A stretch of 64,000 bases of DNA, from NCBI RefSeq assembly GCF_009914755.1, contig NC_060927.1; one strand, written 5' to 3'. The notes under the pieces are model-generated. The model saw only the letters and a list, made by a program, of their open reading frames with translations, ran no database searches and was not told the DNA's origin. Positions 1 through 20,870 of this stretch are shown here, in pieces (positions within the stretch are counted from its first letter, which is position 1; each line of letters opens with the position of its first letter). The DNA is from the human T2T-CHM13v2.0 reference genome, Homo sapiens. A program made the translations under genes and the position numbers.

Positions 1-1440
1 TTACATCACTACAAGGATCCCTCACATTGTCCTTTTTCTAGCCTCACTTCCTTCTTTGCTGTTCCCTGGAAACTACTAATCTGTTCTCCATTTCTATCAT
101 TTTGTCATTTTATGAATGTTATAAAAATGGAGTCATACAATTTGTAACCTTTTGAGATTGGCTTTTTTTTTCTCTTCCACTCAGCATAATTCTCTGGGAA
201 GTCATCCAAGTTCTGTGTGTTGATAGTTAATTCCTTTTAATTGCTGGTATGATATGGATATGCCATAATTTGTTTAAACCATTGAAGGACATTGGGGTTG
301 TTTCCAGTTTGGGATTTTTACTGTGAATAAGAATGCTATAAACATTCATGCACAGGTTTTAGTGTCAACATAAGTTTTGATTATTCTGGGATAAAAGCCC
401 AGGAGTACAATTGCTGGGTCAATGGCGGTTACATGTTTAGTTTCTAAAAAAACTGCTGTTTTCCAGGTGGCAGTAACATTTTACATTCCCTCCAGTAGTT
501 TATGTGTGACTCAATTTCTCTATATCTTCAACAGCATTTGATTTCGGCATTATTTTTTATTTTGCTGATTCTCATAGGTATGTTGTGATATTTCATTGTG
601 GTTTTGTGTTTTCCTTATGGAGAATGATGCTGACCACTGTTTTATGGGCTTATGTGACATTTGTATATATTCTTCAATATAGTGTCTTTGCATATATTTT
701 GCCCATTATCTAATTGAATTGTATGTTTTTAGCATTTTTAAAATATTCTAGATGCCAGTCATTTAGTGGGTATGTAGAGTGGAAGTATTTTCTCCAAATC
801 CATACCTTGTATTTTCATTATTTTAAGAGGGTCTTTTGAAGAAAGAAAGTTGAAAATTTTGGTGAAGCTCAATTTATCAATATTTTCCTTTTATATGTTA
901 TGCTTTCAGTGTTCGATCTAAAAACATTTTGGCTAGTCCTCGATCTTGAAGATTTTCTTTTATGCTTCTATTCTGAAAGTTTTACAGTTTTACATTTTAT
1001 GTTTAAGTCTGTGATCCATTTTGAATAAACTTTCGCATAATGTGTGTGGTTTACATCAAGGTTTTGTTTCTGTTTTTTGCCTGTGGATATTCAATTGCTC
1101 CAGTACCATTTGTTGACAAGGCTATTGCTCCTACACTGAATTGCATTTACATCTTTCTTAAAAATGATCAAGTTGTACTTATATGGTTCTATTTCTGGGT
1201 TCTTTATTCTGTTCCATTGATCTATATGTTTATTCCTTTACGAATACTACCAGTCTTGATTCCTATATCTATATAATAAGTTTTGAAATTGAGTAGACTG
1301 ATACCTCCTACTGTATTCTACCTTCTCAAAATTGTTTTGGATATTCTAGCTCCTTTGCCTTTTCATGTAAATATTAGAGTAACATTGTCTATATCTACAA
1401 GAAATCTTGTCGGGATTTTGAATTAAACTTAACATTAAAT
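1..1440 (-). mobile_element. Ancient LINE-1 (L1MC/L1MD-class), 3' portion; host element segment 1
   Basis: Antisense L1 3'UTR/ORF2-end motifs (aaatggagtcatacaatttgtaacctttt, ggatattcaattgctccagtaccatttgttga, gaaatcttgtcgggattttg). The sequence resumes colinearly after the L1PA insertion at ~7620 (ttggagagtattgacatttt). Confidence 0.8.
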
Positions 1441-2467
1441 GGAGGTGGAGCCAAGATGGCCGAATAGGAATGGCTCCAGTCTACAGCTCCCAGCGTAAGC
1501 GCTGCAGAAGATGGGTGATTTCTGCATTTCCAACTGAGGTACCAGGTTCATCTCACTGGGGAGTGCTGGACAGTGGGTGCAGAACAGTGGGTGCAGCGTA
1601 CCATGCGTGAGCTGAAGCAGGGCGAGGCATCGCCTCACCCAGGAAGCACAAGGGGTCAGAGAATTCTCTTTCTAGTCAAAGAAAGGGGTGACAGATGGAA
1701 CCTGGAAAATCGGGTCACTCCCACCCTAATACTGTGCTTTTCCAATGGGCTTTACAAATGGCACACCAGGAGATTATATCACGCACCTGCTTCAGAGGGT
1801 CCTACACCCACGGAGCCTCACTCATTGAAAGCACAGCAGCCTGAGATCAAACTGCAAGGCAGCAGAGAGGCTGGGGGAGGGGCGCCAACCATTGCTCAGG
1901 CTTGAGTAGGTAAACAAAGCGGCCGGGAAGCTCGAACTGGGTGGAGCCCACCATAGCTCAAGGAGGCCTGCCTGCCTCTGTACGCTCCACCTCTGGGGGC
2001 AGGGAACAGACAAACAAAAGGCAGCAGAATCCTCTGCAGACTTAAATGTCCCTGTCTGACAGCTTTGAAGAGAGCAGTGATTCTCCCAGCACTCAGCTTG
2101 AGATCTGAGAATGGGCAGACTGCCTCCTCAAGTGGGTCCCTGACCCCCGAGTAGCCTAACTGGGAGGCACCCACCAGTAGGGGCAGGCTGACACCTCACA
2201 CAGCTGGGTACTCCTCTGAGACAAAACTTCCAGAGGAATAATCAGGCAGCAGCATTTGCGGTTCACCAATATTCGCTGTTCTGCAGCCACCGCTGCTGAT
2301 ACCCAGGCAAACAGGGTCTGGAGTGGACCTCCAGCAAACTCCAACAGACCTGCAGCTGAGGGTCCTGACTGTTAGAAGGAAAACTAACAAACAGAAAGGA
2401 CATCCACACCAAAAACTCATCTGTACGTCACCATCAACAAAGACCAAAGGTAGATAAAATCACAAAG
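1441..2467 (+). promoter_or_regulatory. L1 5'UTR internal sense/antisense promoter with YY1 site (AAGATGGCC, 1453-1461)
   Basis: Position and sequence match the L1PA 5'UTR. Many CpGs have decayed to TpG/CpA. Confidence 0.8.
1818..1892 (-). pseudogene. L1 ORF0 remnant (MVGAPPPASLLPCSLISGCCAFNE*), truncated at 24 aa
   Basis: Hand translation from the antisense ATG at 1890-1892 matches the ORF0 N-terminus (MAGAPPPASLPPCSLISDCC...). The TGA at 1818-1820 sits at a consensus CGA (CpG decay). Confidence 0.75.
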
Positions 2468-3484
2468 ATGGGGAAAAAACAGAGCAGAAAAACTGGAAAC
2501 TCTAAAAATCAGAGCACCTCTCCTCCTCCAAAGGAACGCAGCTCCTCACCAGCAATGGAACAAAGCTGGACAGAGAATGACTTTGACGAGTTGAGAGAAG
2601 AAGGCTTCAGAAGATAAACTACTTCAAGCTAAAGGTGGAAGTTCGAACCCACAGCAAAGAAGTTAAAAACCTTGAAAAAAAAATTAGACAAATGGCTAAC
2701 TAGAATAACCAATGCAGAGAAGTCCTCAAAGGACCTGATGGAGCTGAAAACCATGGCACGAGAACTACGTGATGAATGCACAAGCCTCAGTAGCCAATGA
2801 GGTCAACTGGAAGAAAGGGTATCAGCGATGGAAGACGAAATGAATGAAATGAAGCGAGAATAGAAGTTTAGAGAAAAGAGAATAAAAAGAAATGAACAAA
2901 GCCTCCAAGAAATATGGCACTATGTGAAAAGAGCCAATCTACGTCTGATTGGTGTACCTGAAAGTGATGGGGAGAATGGAACCAAGTTGGAAAACACTCT
3001 GCAGGATATTATCCAGGAGAACTTCCCCAATCTAGCAAGGCAGGTAAACATTCACATTCAGGAAATACAGAGAACACCACAAAGATACTCCTCCAGAAGA
3101 GCAACTCCAAGACACATAATTGTTAGATTCCCCAAAGTTAAAATGAAGGAAAAAATGTTAAGGGCAGCCAGAGAGAAAGGTCGGGTTACCCTCAAAGGGA
3201 AGCCCATCAGACTAACAGCTGAGCTCTCTGCAGAAACTCTACAAGACAGAAGAGAGTGGGGGCCAATATTCAACATTCTTATAGAAAAGAATTTTCAACC
3301 CAGAATTTCATATCCAGCCAAACTAAGCTTCAGAAGTGAAGGAGAAATAAAATCCTTTACAGACAAGCAAATGCTGAGAGATTTTGTCACCACCAGGCCT
3401 GCCTTACAAGAGCTCCTGAGGGAAGCACTAAACATGGAAAGGAACAACCGGTACCAGCCACTGCAAAAACATGCCAAATTGTAA
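2468..3484 (+). pseudogene. L1 ORF1p (RNA-binding chaperone), disrupted
   Basis: ATG GGG AAA AAA CAG at 2468, with an in-frame TAA at codon 50 after a 1-bp deletion. The C-terminal part is still open (track 2924..3484: RANLRLIGVPE...REKG...YPAKLS...QKHAKL). Confidence 0.95.
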
Positions 3485-3547
3485 AGACCATCGAGGCTAG
3501 GAAGAAACTGCATCAACTAACAAGGAAAATAACCAGCTAACATCAAA

Positions 3548-7361
<3,814 letters not shown>

Positions 7362-7594
7362 ACAATGAGAACACATGGACACAGGAAGGGGAACATCACA
7401 CACCGGGGACAGTTGTGGGGTGGGGGGAGGGGGGAGGGATAGCATTAGGAGATATACCTAACGCTAAATGACGAGTTAATGGGTGCAGCACACCAGCATG
7501 GCACATGTATACATACGTAACAAACCTGTACGTTGTGCACATGTACCCTAAAACTTAAAGTATAATAATAATAAAATTTAAAAAAAACATTAAA

Positions 7595-8700
7595 CATATT
7601 TAAATTCATTAAATATGAATTAAACATGCATATAACTTTGGAGAGTATTGACATTTTCACTATTTAGTTTTTCAATTCATGAGCATGATCTGTCTCCTCT
7701 TTTATTTGAAATTTTTTTGGTTTATTTCATCAGTGTTTTTTAGTTCATTGATTTCTGCTGTTATCTATATTATTTCTCTGTTTCTGTTTGCTCTGGGTTG
7801 TTTTGCTCTTCATTTTTTACATTTGGGAGTTTAAATTGTTTACAGTTTTCTTGTTTTCTAAATTAAGTATTTAGTTCTATAAATTTTCTTCTCAGCACTG
7901 TTTTAGCTGTGATATACAAATTTTGATGTGCTGTGTTTTCATTTTTATTTAATGTTTTAAAAAAATTCCCTTGAGACTTCCTCTTTGACCCATGAATTAT
8001 TTGAAGCAAGTTGGTTAGTCTCCAAGTGTTTGGAGATTTTCCTGTTATCCTTCTGTTATTGATTTTTAGTTTTATTCCATTGTGGCCAGAAAATAAACTA
8101 TGTATTGTTTCAATTATCTTAAAATTGTTAAAGCTTGTTTTATCTTCCACAGTGTGATGTATCTTGGTATATATTCCATAGGTGCTTAAAAAGAATGTGT
8201 ATTCTACTGTTAATGGGTGTTCTACACATGTCAATTAGATCTTATTAACTGATTGTTGCTGAATTCTTCTATATCTCTGCTGATTTTTGGTCTAGTGTTC
8301 TATTAAATGCTGACAGAGGAAGTGTTGAAGTTTCCAGCTATAATTGTAGATTTGTCTGTTTCTTCTTTCATCTCTATCAGTTTCTTGCTCACGTATTGCA
8401 GCTACGTTGTTTGGTGGATGCACAATTAGAATTGCTATGTCTTCCTTGTGGGCTGACTCTTTTATTATTATGTAACATTCTTCTTTGTCTCTGGTAATTT
8501 TCTTTGCCCTGAAGGCTACTTTATCAGATATTAATATCTGATAAGTACTCTATCAGATATTAATAGAATTGAAGAAGCTACTTCTGCTTCTTTTGATAAA
8601 TGTTTTCATAATATCTTTTTCCATCCTTTTAATTTCAACCTACTTAGATTGCTATGTTTGAAGTTTTTTCTAGAGAGCATATAATTGGGTCATAATTTTT
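7595..8700 (-). mobile_element. Ancient L1M host, segment 2 (ORF2 with large internal deletion)
   Basis: Minus-strand ORF 7863..8234 resembles L1 endonuclease (YTFFLSTYGIYTKIHH...SGHNGIKLKIN). It continues the element interrupted at 1440. Confidence 0.8.
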
Positions 8701-12952
<4,252 letters not shown>

Positions 12953-12960
12953 ATGTGTTA

Positions 12961-14510
12961 TCATTTTTAATCCACCCTGCCAATTTCTGTCTTTCAGTTC
13001 CTGTTTTGCAGGCCACTCACGTTTAATGTAATTATTGATATGTTAGAGTTTAAGTCTGCCATTTTTTGTTTTGTTTGTTCTGTTTTTCATTTCTCTTTTT
13101 TTAAAATGCCTTCCTGTGGATTAGTTGACATTTTAAAAATAACATGATGATTTATCTTTGTTTTAAAAGTAAATTTTTGTATAGCTTTTGAGTGGTTTCC
13201 TGAAGTTTTACATTACATATACATAACTTATTACAATCATTGTAACAGTTCTAGTGGAATATGGAAACCCTACCCCCTTTACCTCCACATTTATAATAAA
13301 ATTGTCTTAATGTAAAATAACTGTCTTAAATATTTCCCATACAAACATTTAGAACTGCATTGAATAGTATTAGAATTTTTGCTTTTCTGTCAAGCATAAT
13401 TCACAAATCCAAGAGGAGAAGGAACATTTACCCATATTTTTACTCTTGCAGTTGTTCTTTCTTTTTTTCTTCATGTTTGGAAACCTCTCTTATCATTTCC
13501 TTTCTGTTAAGAGAATTTCCTCTACTTATTATTTCAGGGTAGGTCTTTTTGGTGACAAAATTCTCTTAATGCTGGCTTCCTATGAAAATGACATGATGTC
13601 CTATCCATTCCTGGAAGAGTATTTTTGCGGATATATAAATCTATATTGGTATTTTTTTTTTCCTCCAGCACTTGGAATATTTGGGGCCACATCCTTACAT
13701 CCTCCATGGATTCTGATGAGAATTTACAGTCATTTAAATGGTTTTTACTCTGTAGGTAAGATGGTGTTTCTTTCTTGCAGCTTCTACAATTTTTTTATCT
13801 TAGTTTTCAGAAGTTTGATGTGTCTTGGATTTCTTTGGGTTTATTCTCTGTGAGATTCTCTTAATTTTTGAAACTGTAGGCATATGTCTTATGCCAAATT
13901 AGAAAGTTATCAATCATAATTTTTGGGACTATTTTTAAGTCTTGTTGTATTGTCTTGTCCTTCTGGGACTCTGATGACACAAACAGATCTTTTGTTATAG
14001 TCTCACAGGTTCCTGAAGTTCATTTGTTTTAAGCTTATTTTTTCTCCATTGTCCAGATTAAGTAACTTACATTGTTCTACTCTTAAGTTTGCTGATTCTT
14101 TCCTCTGTGCCCGCTAGTTTGCTATTAAGCCCATCTGTTGAAATTTTTGTTGTTTGAAAATTTCAGTTATTGTATTTTCCAGTTCCAGAAGTTCCATTTG
14201 GTTCTTCTTTGTATTTCTTTTCTGAGACTTTTCTATTTCTTCACTGTGACTTTTCATTTTACATTAAAAAAATTGTTTATCAACATTTGTAATTGCTCTT
14301 TGAAGCATTTTTATTATGACTGCTTTAAAATCCTTGTGAGATAATTCTAATATCTCTGTCATATTCATATCTCTATCTATTGATTGTCTTTCTTCATTAC
14401 AGTTGAGATTTTCTCAGTTCTTAGTATGCTGAATAATATTTTATTGAAACAAGGTCATTTTTGGTATTATGATTCTGAACTTTATTTAAACCTTCTGTTT
14501 TAGCTGTGTG

Positions 14511-14544
<34 letters not shown>

Positions 14545-15410
14545 ATGCCACTTCAGCAGAGGTACAAAGGGACTGTCTTCTTAGTGCAAGGTTGGGTAGG
14601 CATCAAGATTTCCCACTTAGCCTCTGTTGTCACCTGAGGAAGTAAAGTCCCCTTATGACTGCTCCTGGCTCCTCACCAGGCCTCTGCTGATACCACCCTG
14701 GTAGGAGGAACAGGAGTGCTTCACTAATGCTCCCCATGTGCCCTCCACTGACATTGTGGGAGAGTGACCTCTTTGCTGCTGAGTGATGGTGAATGTCCTG
14801 ATTCTCCCCTAGGCCTTCTCTGATACCACTCTAGTGGAAAGGAGTAGAGGTGCTTCATTACAAGGTTTTCTTTGACATCATGGCAGGGAAGAAGGAAGGT
14901 GTCACTGGCAGGAGTTCTGGCTTCCTACTCAGTCTTCTCTGACTTCACTTCTGCAAGGGTGTTGAGGTGTCTTGTTACTTCCTGGTAAACATCTAGAGTC
15001 CCCACTCAGTCTTTCCTAGCAAGAGTGGAGTTGGGGTCTCTGTTTTTACTGTGATGTTTGGCTAGAGTAGAACAGTTATTGTCTTAAAGTATTCTGTCTT
15101 GGTAGGCTGGCTGTCCCTTTTGTCATATCTTGGTTAGAAAATGGGGCTTTTGTTTAGAATTTTTTAATTTTTGGGGGGCTGTGTCTATTGATTATTGATG
15201 TTTCCATGCTGCTGGTTTCTTCAGCTACAAGTCCAGGCTAAATGAGACAAAGAGAAAACCCAGGGAACTCACTGCCTTTTGAGACCCAAGGTCTCCAGCT
15301 GGTTTGTCTTCTTGTCTTCACCTTATGCTTATTTTACATTCAGTTTTTATTTGACTTAATTGGGGAAATAATGAAAAGTATCTATTCTTTTTTCCTGGAA
15401 GTGAAAGTCT
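12961..15410 (-). mobile_element. Ancient L1M host, segment 3 (ORF2 start, inter-ORF, ORF1 and repeat-containing 5' region)
   Basis: Resumes at the position interrupted at ~8700 (ttttaatccaccctgccaatttctgtc). ORF1-like antisense motifs (ctattaagcccatc, ttccagaagttccatttggttc). Degenerate ~125-bp monomers near 14.7-15.0 kb. Confidence 0.65.
14505..14544. repeat. (TG)n microsatellite, one interruption
   Basis: Read directly from the sequence. Confidence 0.98.
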
Positions 15411-18106
15411 CCTGATTTGTTCTAAAATAAATATCTGCTTTGCCAAATGGAAGGGTCACTTAAATGCAGATGGTGAAACTAAATTGGAAAACAAAACCAA
15501 GTTGAATAAAAACTTAGCTGTAAGATGATTTTGTAAACTTAAATGCTATGTCTCTAATTTCTCTAATTTTAACATGCAATGAAGGACTTACTTTTTATTT
15601 TATAATCTTTTTTTCTGAGTTCTGATGGCTAAATTTAAAAGGGCAGTTTTTAGTGCTGAGATATAAATTGCATCCTGGGATTTAAGTAGTTCAGCTACAT
15701 CCTGATTCTGGTGCTAGTCTTTCATTTGAATATTTCTTCCTCAAACCAGTATGTACTGATGGTCTATTTTGTGCTCAGCTGTATGGTAGGTTCTTGAGAT
15801 TCAACTTTGAGATGGCCAGATAGTCACTGCTCTTCTGGACCTAAAAGTCTAGCACCGTGTACTTCTGAGCTCTGCCAACAACTTCCTGTGACATCCTAAA
15901 TAAATATCTCTCTCTTTTTTTTTTTAATTTTTGCTTTCGGTTTAAAATCTTTAAAATGAGGTGGATGGATTAAACTAGAATCTGTTTTGGGTTATTAAAT
16001 CCATTGAGCGTATGATTAAAGCCATGTTCTTCAGAAAAATGTTGCATGCCTGTCCAAATATATAACATGTACACATAGTGTTACATAAAATTCTGCAGGA
16101 TTCACAGTGAATCATTAGGTTAGAAACTTCTCCATTATTTGTTGTCCAAGAGACCTTTGAATTATATCGTTTTATGTTTTTAAATATTATACAAATTTCT
16201 TGAGACCAGAAAGCAATCATAAGAAAACTTGCTGGAATTCAGGAGTTGTTCTAAACAATTTATATGAATTTTCTCACTTTATCCTCATAGCAAATTTTAT
16301 TAAGCAGATATAATAAGTGAATAAACTGTAAAGGAACATTAAAGAGAAGATCTTTTCTCTTATATACTTAAATGAGTCTAAAGGGATATATTGTGCCTTA
16401 TAAATTCAAAATTAACAAAACTCTAAAGTTGAAATTTCCTACAGGGGTGATATAAAAATAGGAATTGAGGGAGACTAAAGTAGGTAAGGGGATATTAGTC
16501 ATTTGTAAAGGAGAAGATATAAATATTTATCAGCTTGAAGCATTGTAAGAAAAAATAAATAAAAGTGTGAGTCCTAAAAAGTTTGAGGCTTACTAGTGGG
16601 AAAACAGAAATAGAATTAGTAACTTTAAAAATAAACTGCTCATGAAAAATAAGAAATGATCTTTAAAATAAAAATTTTAAATGATACATTCAAGAATCAT
16701 AATGTTAAATGGCAGAAATGTGCCTCAATTAATTCAATATTATAAATAATATGAATAAAATGAACATACTTAACAGAAGACAGGGATTCTCAAATTAAAT
16801 TAAAACAAAAATCAAAACATCACCCAGCTATATAATGTTGGAAAAAGATACACTTCAAATAAAAGGACAGAGAATTGAGAAAAATAAAGGATAGAAGAAG
16901 ATATGCCACACAAATATGAATCAAAAGAGCATTTCAGATATGCAAGATTTTAAAAATCACAGGGAATGAAGAGAGACGCTGCATTTGAATTTAAAAAATA
17001 ATCTACAAGCATTCACAATTTTGAGAGCAAAATGCACAAAGCAATGGATGACAGAAACAAGAGAGAGAAGTAAAAAGTTATTGGAGATTTTAAATCATTG
17101 CTCTCAGAAACTGACATACTATATCCAATCAACATAAACTGAAATGGAGAAGATGACAATAAAATAATTACCAAATTATACACACAAATTTATATAGAAC
17201 TTTGCACCCAAACACAGAATATACATTTTTGTTCTAGAATAAATTTATCAGTCACAGAAACAGATCATATGCTACAGACCAAAGTCTCAGTATATTCCTA
17301 TTGTCTGAATTCTAGACAATATTCTCGAACTTCAATGTAATACAATTTAAAATTAATAGAGTTGACTGAAAAAAAGATTAGTGTGTCTGAAATCTAAGAA
17401 AAAGCAAAACAAAACAAAATCTACTACCAGGTAGACCGTGGGTAAAATAGAAAACAAAAGGAGGAATTGCAGCAGACTTCTTGCTTAATGACAATGAAAG
17501 CCATTTATGTCAGCATTTGTGGGATGTAGCTAACACAGTTCTCAGAGGACAGTTTATAGCTTTGAATATATTCTCAAAATAAAGATTGAAAATTAATAAG
17601 CTAAGTGGTTATTTAAAGATGGTAGAAAAAGGAAAATAGAGCAAGCCTCCCCAAATAAGAAATATGGCAATATGAAGAGGCATAAATCGATAAAATGGAG
17701 ATGAGTATAACAATAAACAAATACAGATCTTAACACACAAAAGTCAGACTTTTTAGATGACTACTAAATAACCCTCTCTGGTAACAGTTTTTTTCAAAAA
17801 ACAGGGAAAAAGGGAGATGAAATAAAGAATACGGAATAAATATAGGGACAAGTTAAATAATATCAGTCATATTCTAATATATTTGCAAACCTAGAAAAAA
17901 CAATGTTTATAAAAAATGTTAAAATGTACATAAACTTGTATTATTTAAAGAAATTAAAGTGATAATCAATTCGCTCCTACTCCAAAATGACACGCATAGA
18001 GGGTTTTAGAGATGAGGTAAGGAATATGCAGTTGTTATGCATGTTGTCCCAAAAAGTCAAAAATGACGAAGTCTGGACAGATTATTTTGTGAGGCTAGTA
18101 TAATTC

Positions 18107-18407
18107 TTTTTTTTTTTTTTTTTTTGAGATGGAGTCTCACTCTGTTGCCCAGGCTGGAGTGCAGTGGGACAATCTCAGCTCACTGACACCTCTGCCTCCC
18201 AGCTTCTAGCAATTCTCCTGCCTCAGCCTCCCGAGTAGCTGAGATTACACATGCACACCGTCACGCCCGGCTAATTTTTTGTATTTTAGTAGAGATGGGG
18301 TTTTGCCGTGTTGCCCAGACTGGTCTCAAACTCTTGAGCTCAGATAATCCACCTGCCTTGGCTTCCCAAGGTGCTAGGATTACAGGGGTGAGCCACCGCG
18401 CCTGGCT
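18107..18407 (-). mobile_element. AluS
   Basis: Full dimer. Perfect 17-bp TSD GAGGCTAGTATAATTCT at 18091-18107 and 18408-18424. Confidence 0.96.
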
Positions 18408-18664
18408 GAGGCTAGTATAATTCTAACAGCCAAGTCACACGAAACAAGTACATGACAAAAATAATAGCACAAGTCAGCTTCTAAACTTAATTTTTTAAAT
18501 CTTCAATAAAATACATCCTATTTATTTCTGAAAGTATATTAAAATGACCATGACTCAAGGATGGCTTAAAATAAGAAAACCCAGCAATATAACTTCTTTT
18601 TAATAGACTAATAAAGTTTAAGGTTGCAATAGTAATAGAGAAAGCATGCAGTAAATTTCAACAT

Positions 18665-18987
18665 GGAGAGATGAGGATGGTTAATGGGTACAAAAAATAT
18701 TAATAGTTAGAAAGAATGTATAAGGTCTAGTATTTGACAGCACAACAGAGTGACTATGGTCAATAATAATTTAATTATACATTTAAAAATAGCCAAAAGA
18801 GTATAATTGGATTGTTTGTAACACAAAGGATAAATACGTGAGGGGATGGATGAACCATTTTATACGATGTGATTATTTCACATTGCATACCTGTATCAAA
18901 ACATCTCATGTTCCCCATAAAAATATACACCTACTATATACCCATACAAGTTAAAATTAAAAATTAAAAAATTAAAAAAGCCAAAAA
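18665..18987 (+). mobile_element. L1MA1-3 type 3'-end fragment
   Basis: gatggttaatgggtacaaaaaa...tttgacagcacaacag...cctgtatcaaaacatctcatg...A-tail. TSD core TTCAACAT at 18657-18664 and 18992-18999. Confidence 0.85.
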
Positions 18988-19193
18988 TAAGTTCAACATC
19001 CATTTCTGGAAAAAAAAACTTTAGAAAACTAGACTATAAAGGAATTTCCGTAATCTGATAAAGTTTATCTATCAAAATTCATTGAAAACATCATTTTAAT
19101 GAATACGCTTTACAAGATTTTAGAACTATTTTTTTTCAGGTCAGGACAAAGAAAAGAATTATCACCATAACAACCATTATTCAAAACATCTGG

Positions 19194-19510
<317 letters not shown>

Positions 19511-19623
19511 TTTGGAAAACAATAAGAGAATAAAAATCAATAACACTACTAATGTGCACCTACTAAAGCAAATTTCTATTCAAAAGTATAAGATAATTTG
19601 AATTGTCAAATTTTCTACCTTGT

Positions 19624-19930
19624 GGCTGGGTCCGGTGGCTCACGCCTATAATCCCAGCACTTTGGGAGGCTGAGGCTGGCAGATCACCTGAGTCAGGAGT
19701 TCAAGCCCAGTCTGACCAACATGGTGAAACTTCGCCTCTACTAAAAAAAAATACAAAAATACTTAGCCAGGTGTAGTAGTGGCACCTGTAATCCCAACTA
19801 CTTGGGAGGCTGAGGCAGGACAATAGCTTGAACCCAGGAGATGGGGGTTGCAGTTAGCTAAGATCATGCCACTGCACTGCAGCCTGGGCAACAGAGTGAG
19901 ACTCCGTCTCAAAAAAAGAGAGAAAAAAAA
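19624..19930 (+). mobile_element. AluS
   Basis: Dimeric Alu. TSD TTCTACCTTG at 19613-19622 and 19932-19941. Confidence 0.94.
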
Positions 19931-20719
19931 ATTCTACCTTGAATTATCAATTAAACTGGGATTATCTCTTAGCTAACTTAATAAAGACTACACAGGATCT
20001 TTATGAAAAATGTTAAATTTTATTCTAGGACATAAAAGGAGGCCTACATAAGGATCATGCCCAGGGTTGGGGTAATTCAACATTAGAATGTTATCAATAT
20101 TTCTCAAACTAAGTTGAAAATTAATGCAATTCCAATTAAATTTCAAGGTTTTTTTTAAAAAATAGATTCTAAAATATGTATGGATAAATAAAGGTCTGTA
20201 GATATTAAATAATATTTTGAAAGAGAAGAGCACGAAGATTCTTCCTGCCAGGTATTAAGAAATATTAAAAAGCAGTAGTAATTAGGATAGTATGGCAATA
20301 AAATAGGGGCAGGACTGAAGACAAAGGTAGCAGATCAGAATACTCATGTGGACTCCCGGGTGCCTCCAGGAACTTGGCATATTACAAAAATGGCATCACG
20401 AATCAATGAGAGAAAGAACTGATTATTTGGTAAATAACCTCACTCTATGGCAAATTAAAATTTAATTGCTACTTCCCTTCAAATAAAAAATAAACTCTAT
20501 ATGCAATAAGAATCAAATGTGAAAGTTAAAAGTATAGAATTAATGAAGAAAGTGTAAATAATATCTTTATGACTTTGGAATAGGAAAGGATTTCTTAATC
20601 AAGACTCCAAAACATAAACTCTAAAGAGAAAAACCAATGACTTAGCTCGGGCATCAAAATTAAACATTGATTCTCAAAGGTGACCAAGTTAACAGGCAGG
20701 GGACACACAGCCACTCCAA

Positions 20720-20870
20720 GAGGTGAGTACTACCCTTACTCCCACTTTACAGATGAGGACAATGAGGTTAATTAACTTGTCCAAAGTCCCACAGCTAGTT
20801 AAGTATAGGGCTGAGATTGGAACCCCGATAACCCGGCTGAATCCAGTCTGTGCCCTTAACTACAGTTACA
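20720..20870 (-). mobile_element. MIR
   Basis: Antisense MIR core cccactttacagatgaggac...aacttgtccaaagtcccacagctagt. Confidence 0.8.

Noticed and set aside
1822-2013. 63-aa antisense ORF in the L1 5'UTR as ORF0
   Set aside because: Wrong frame and a non-ATG start. True ORF0 starts at 1892 and is truncated at 24 aa.
7405-7439. G-quadruplex-forming tract
   Set aside because: Standard L1 3'UTR G-tract; not novel.
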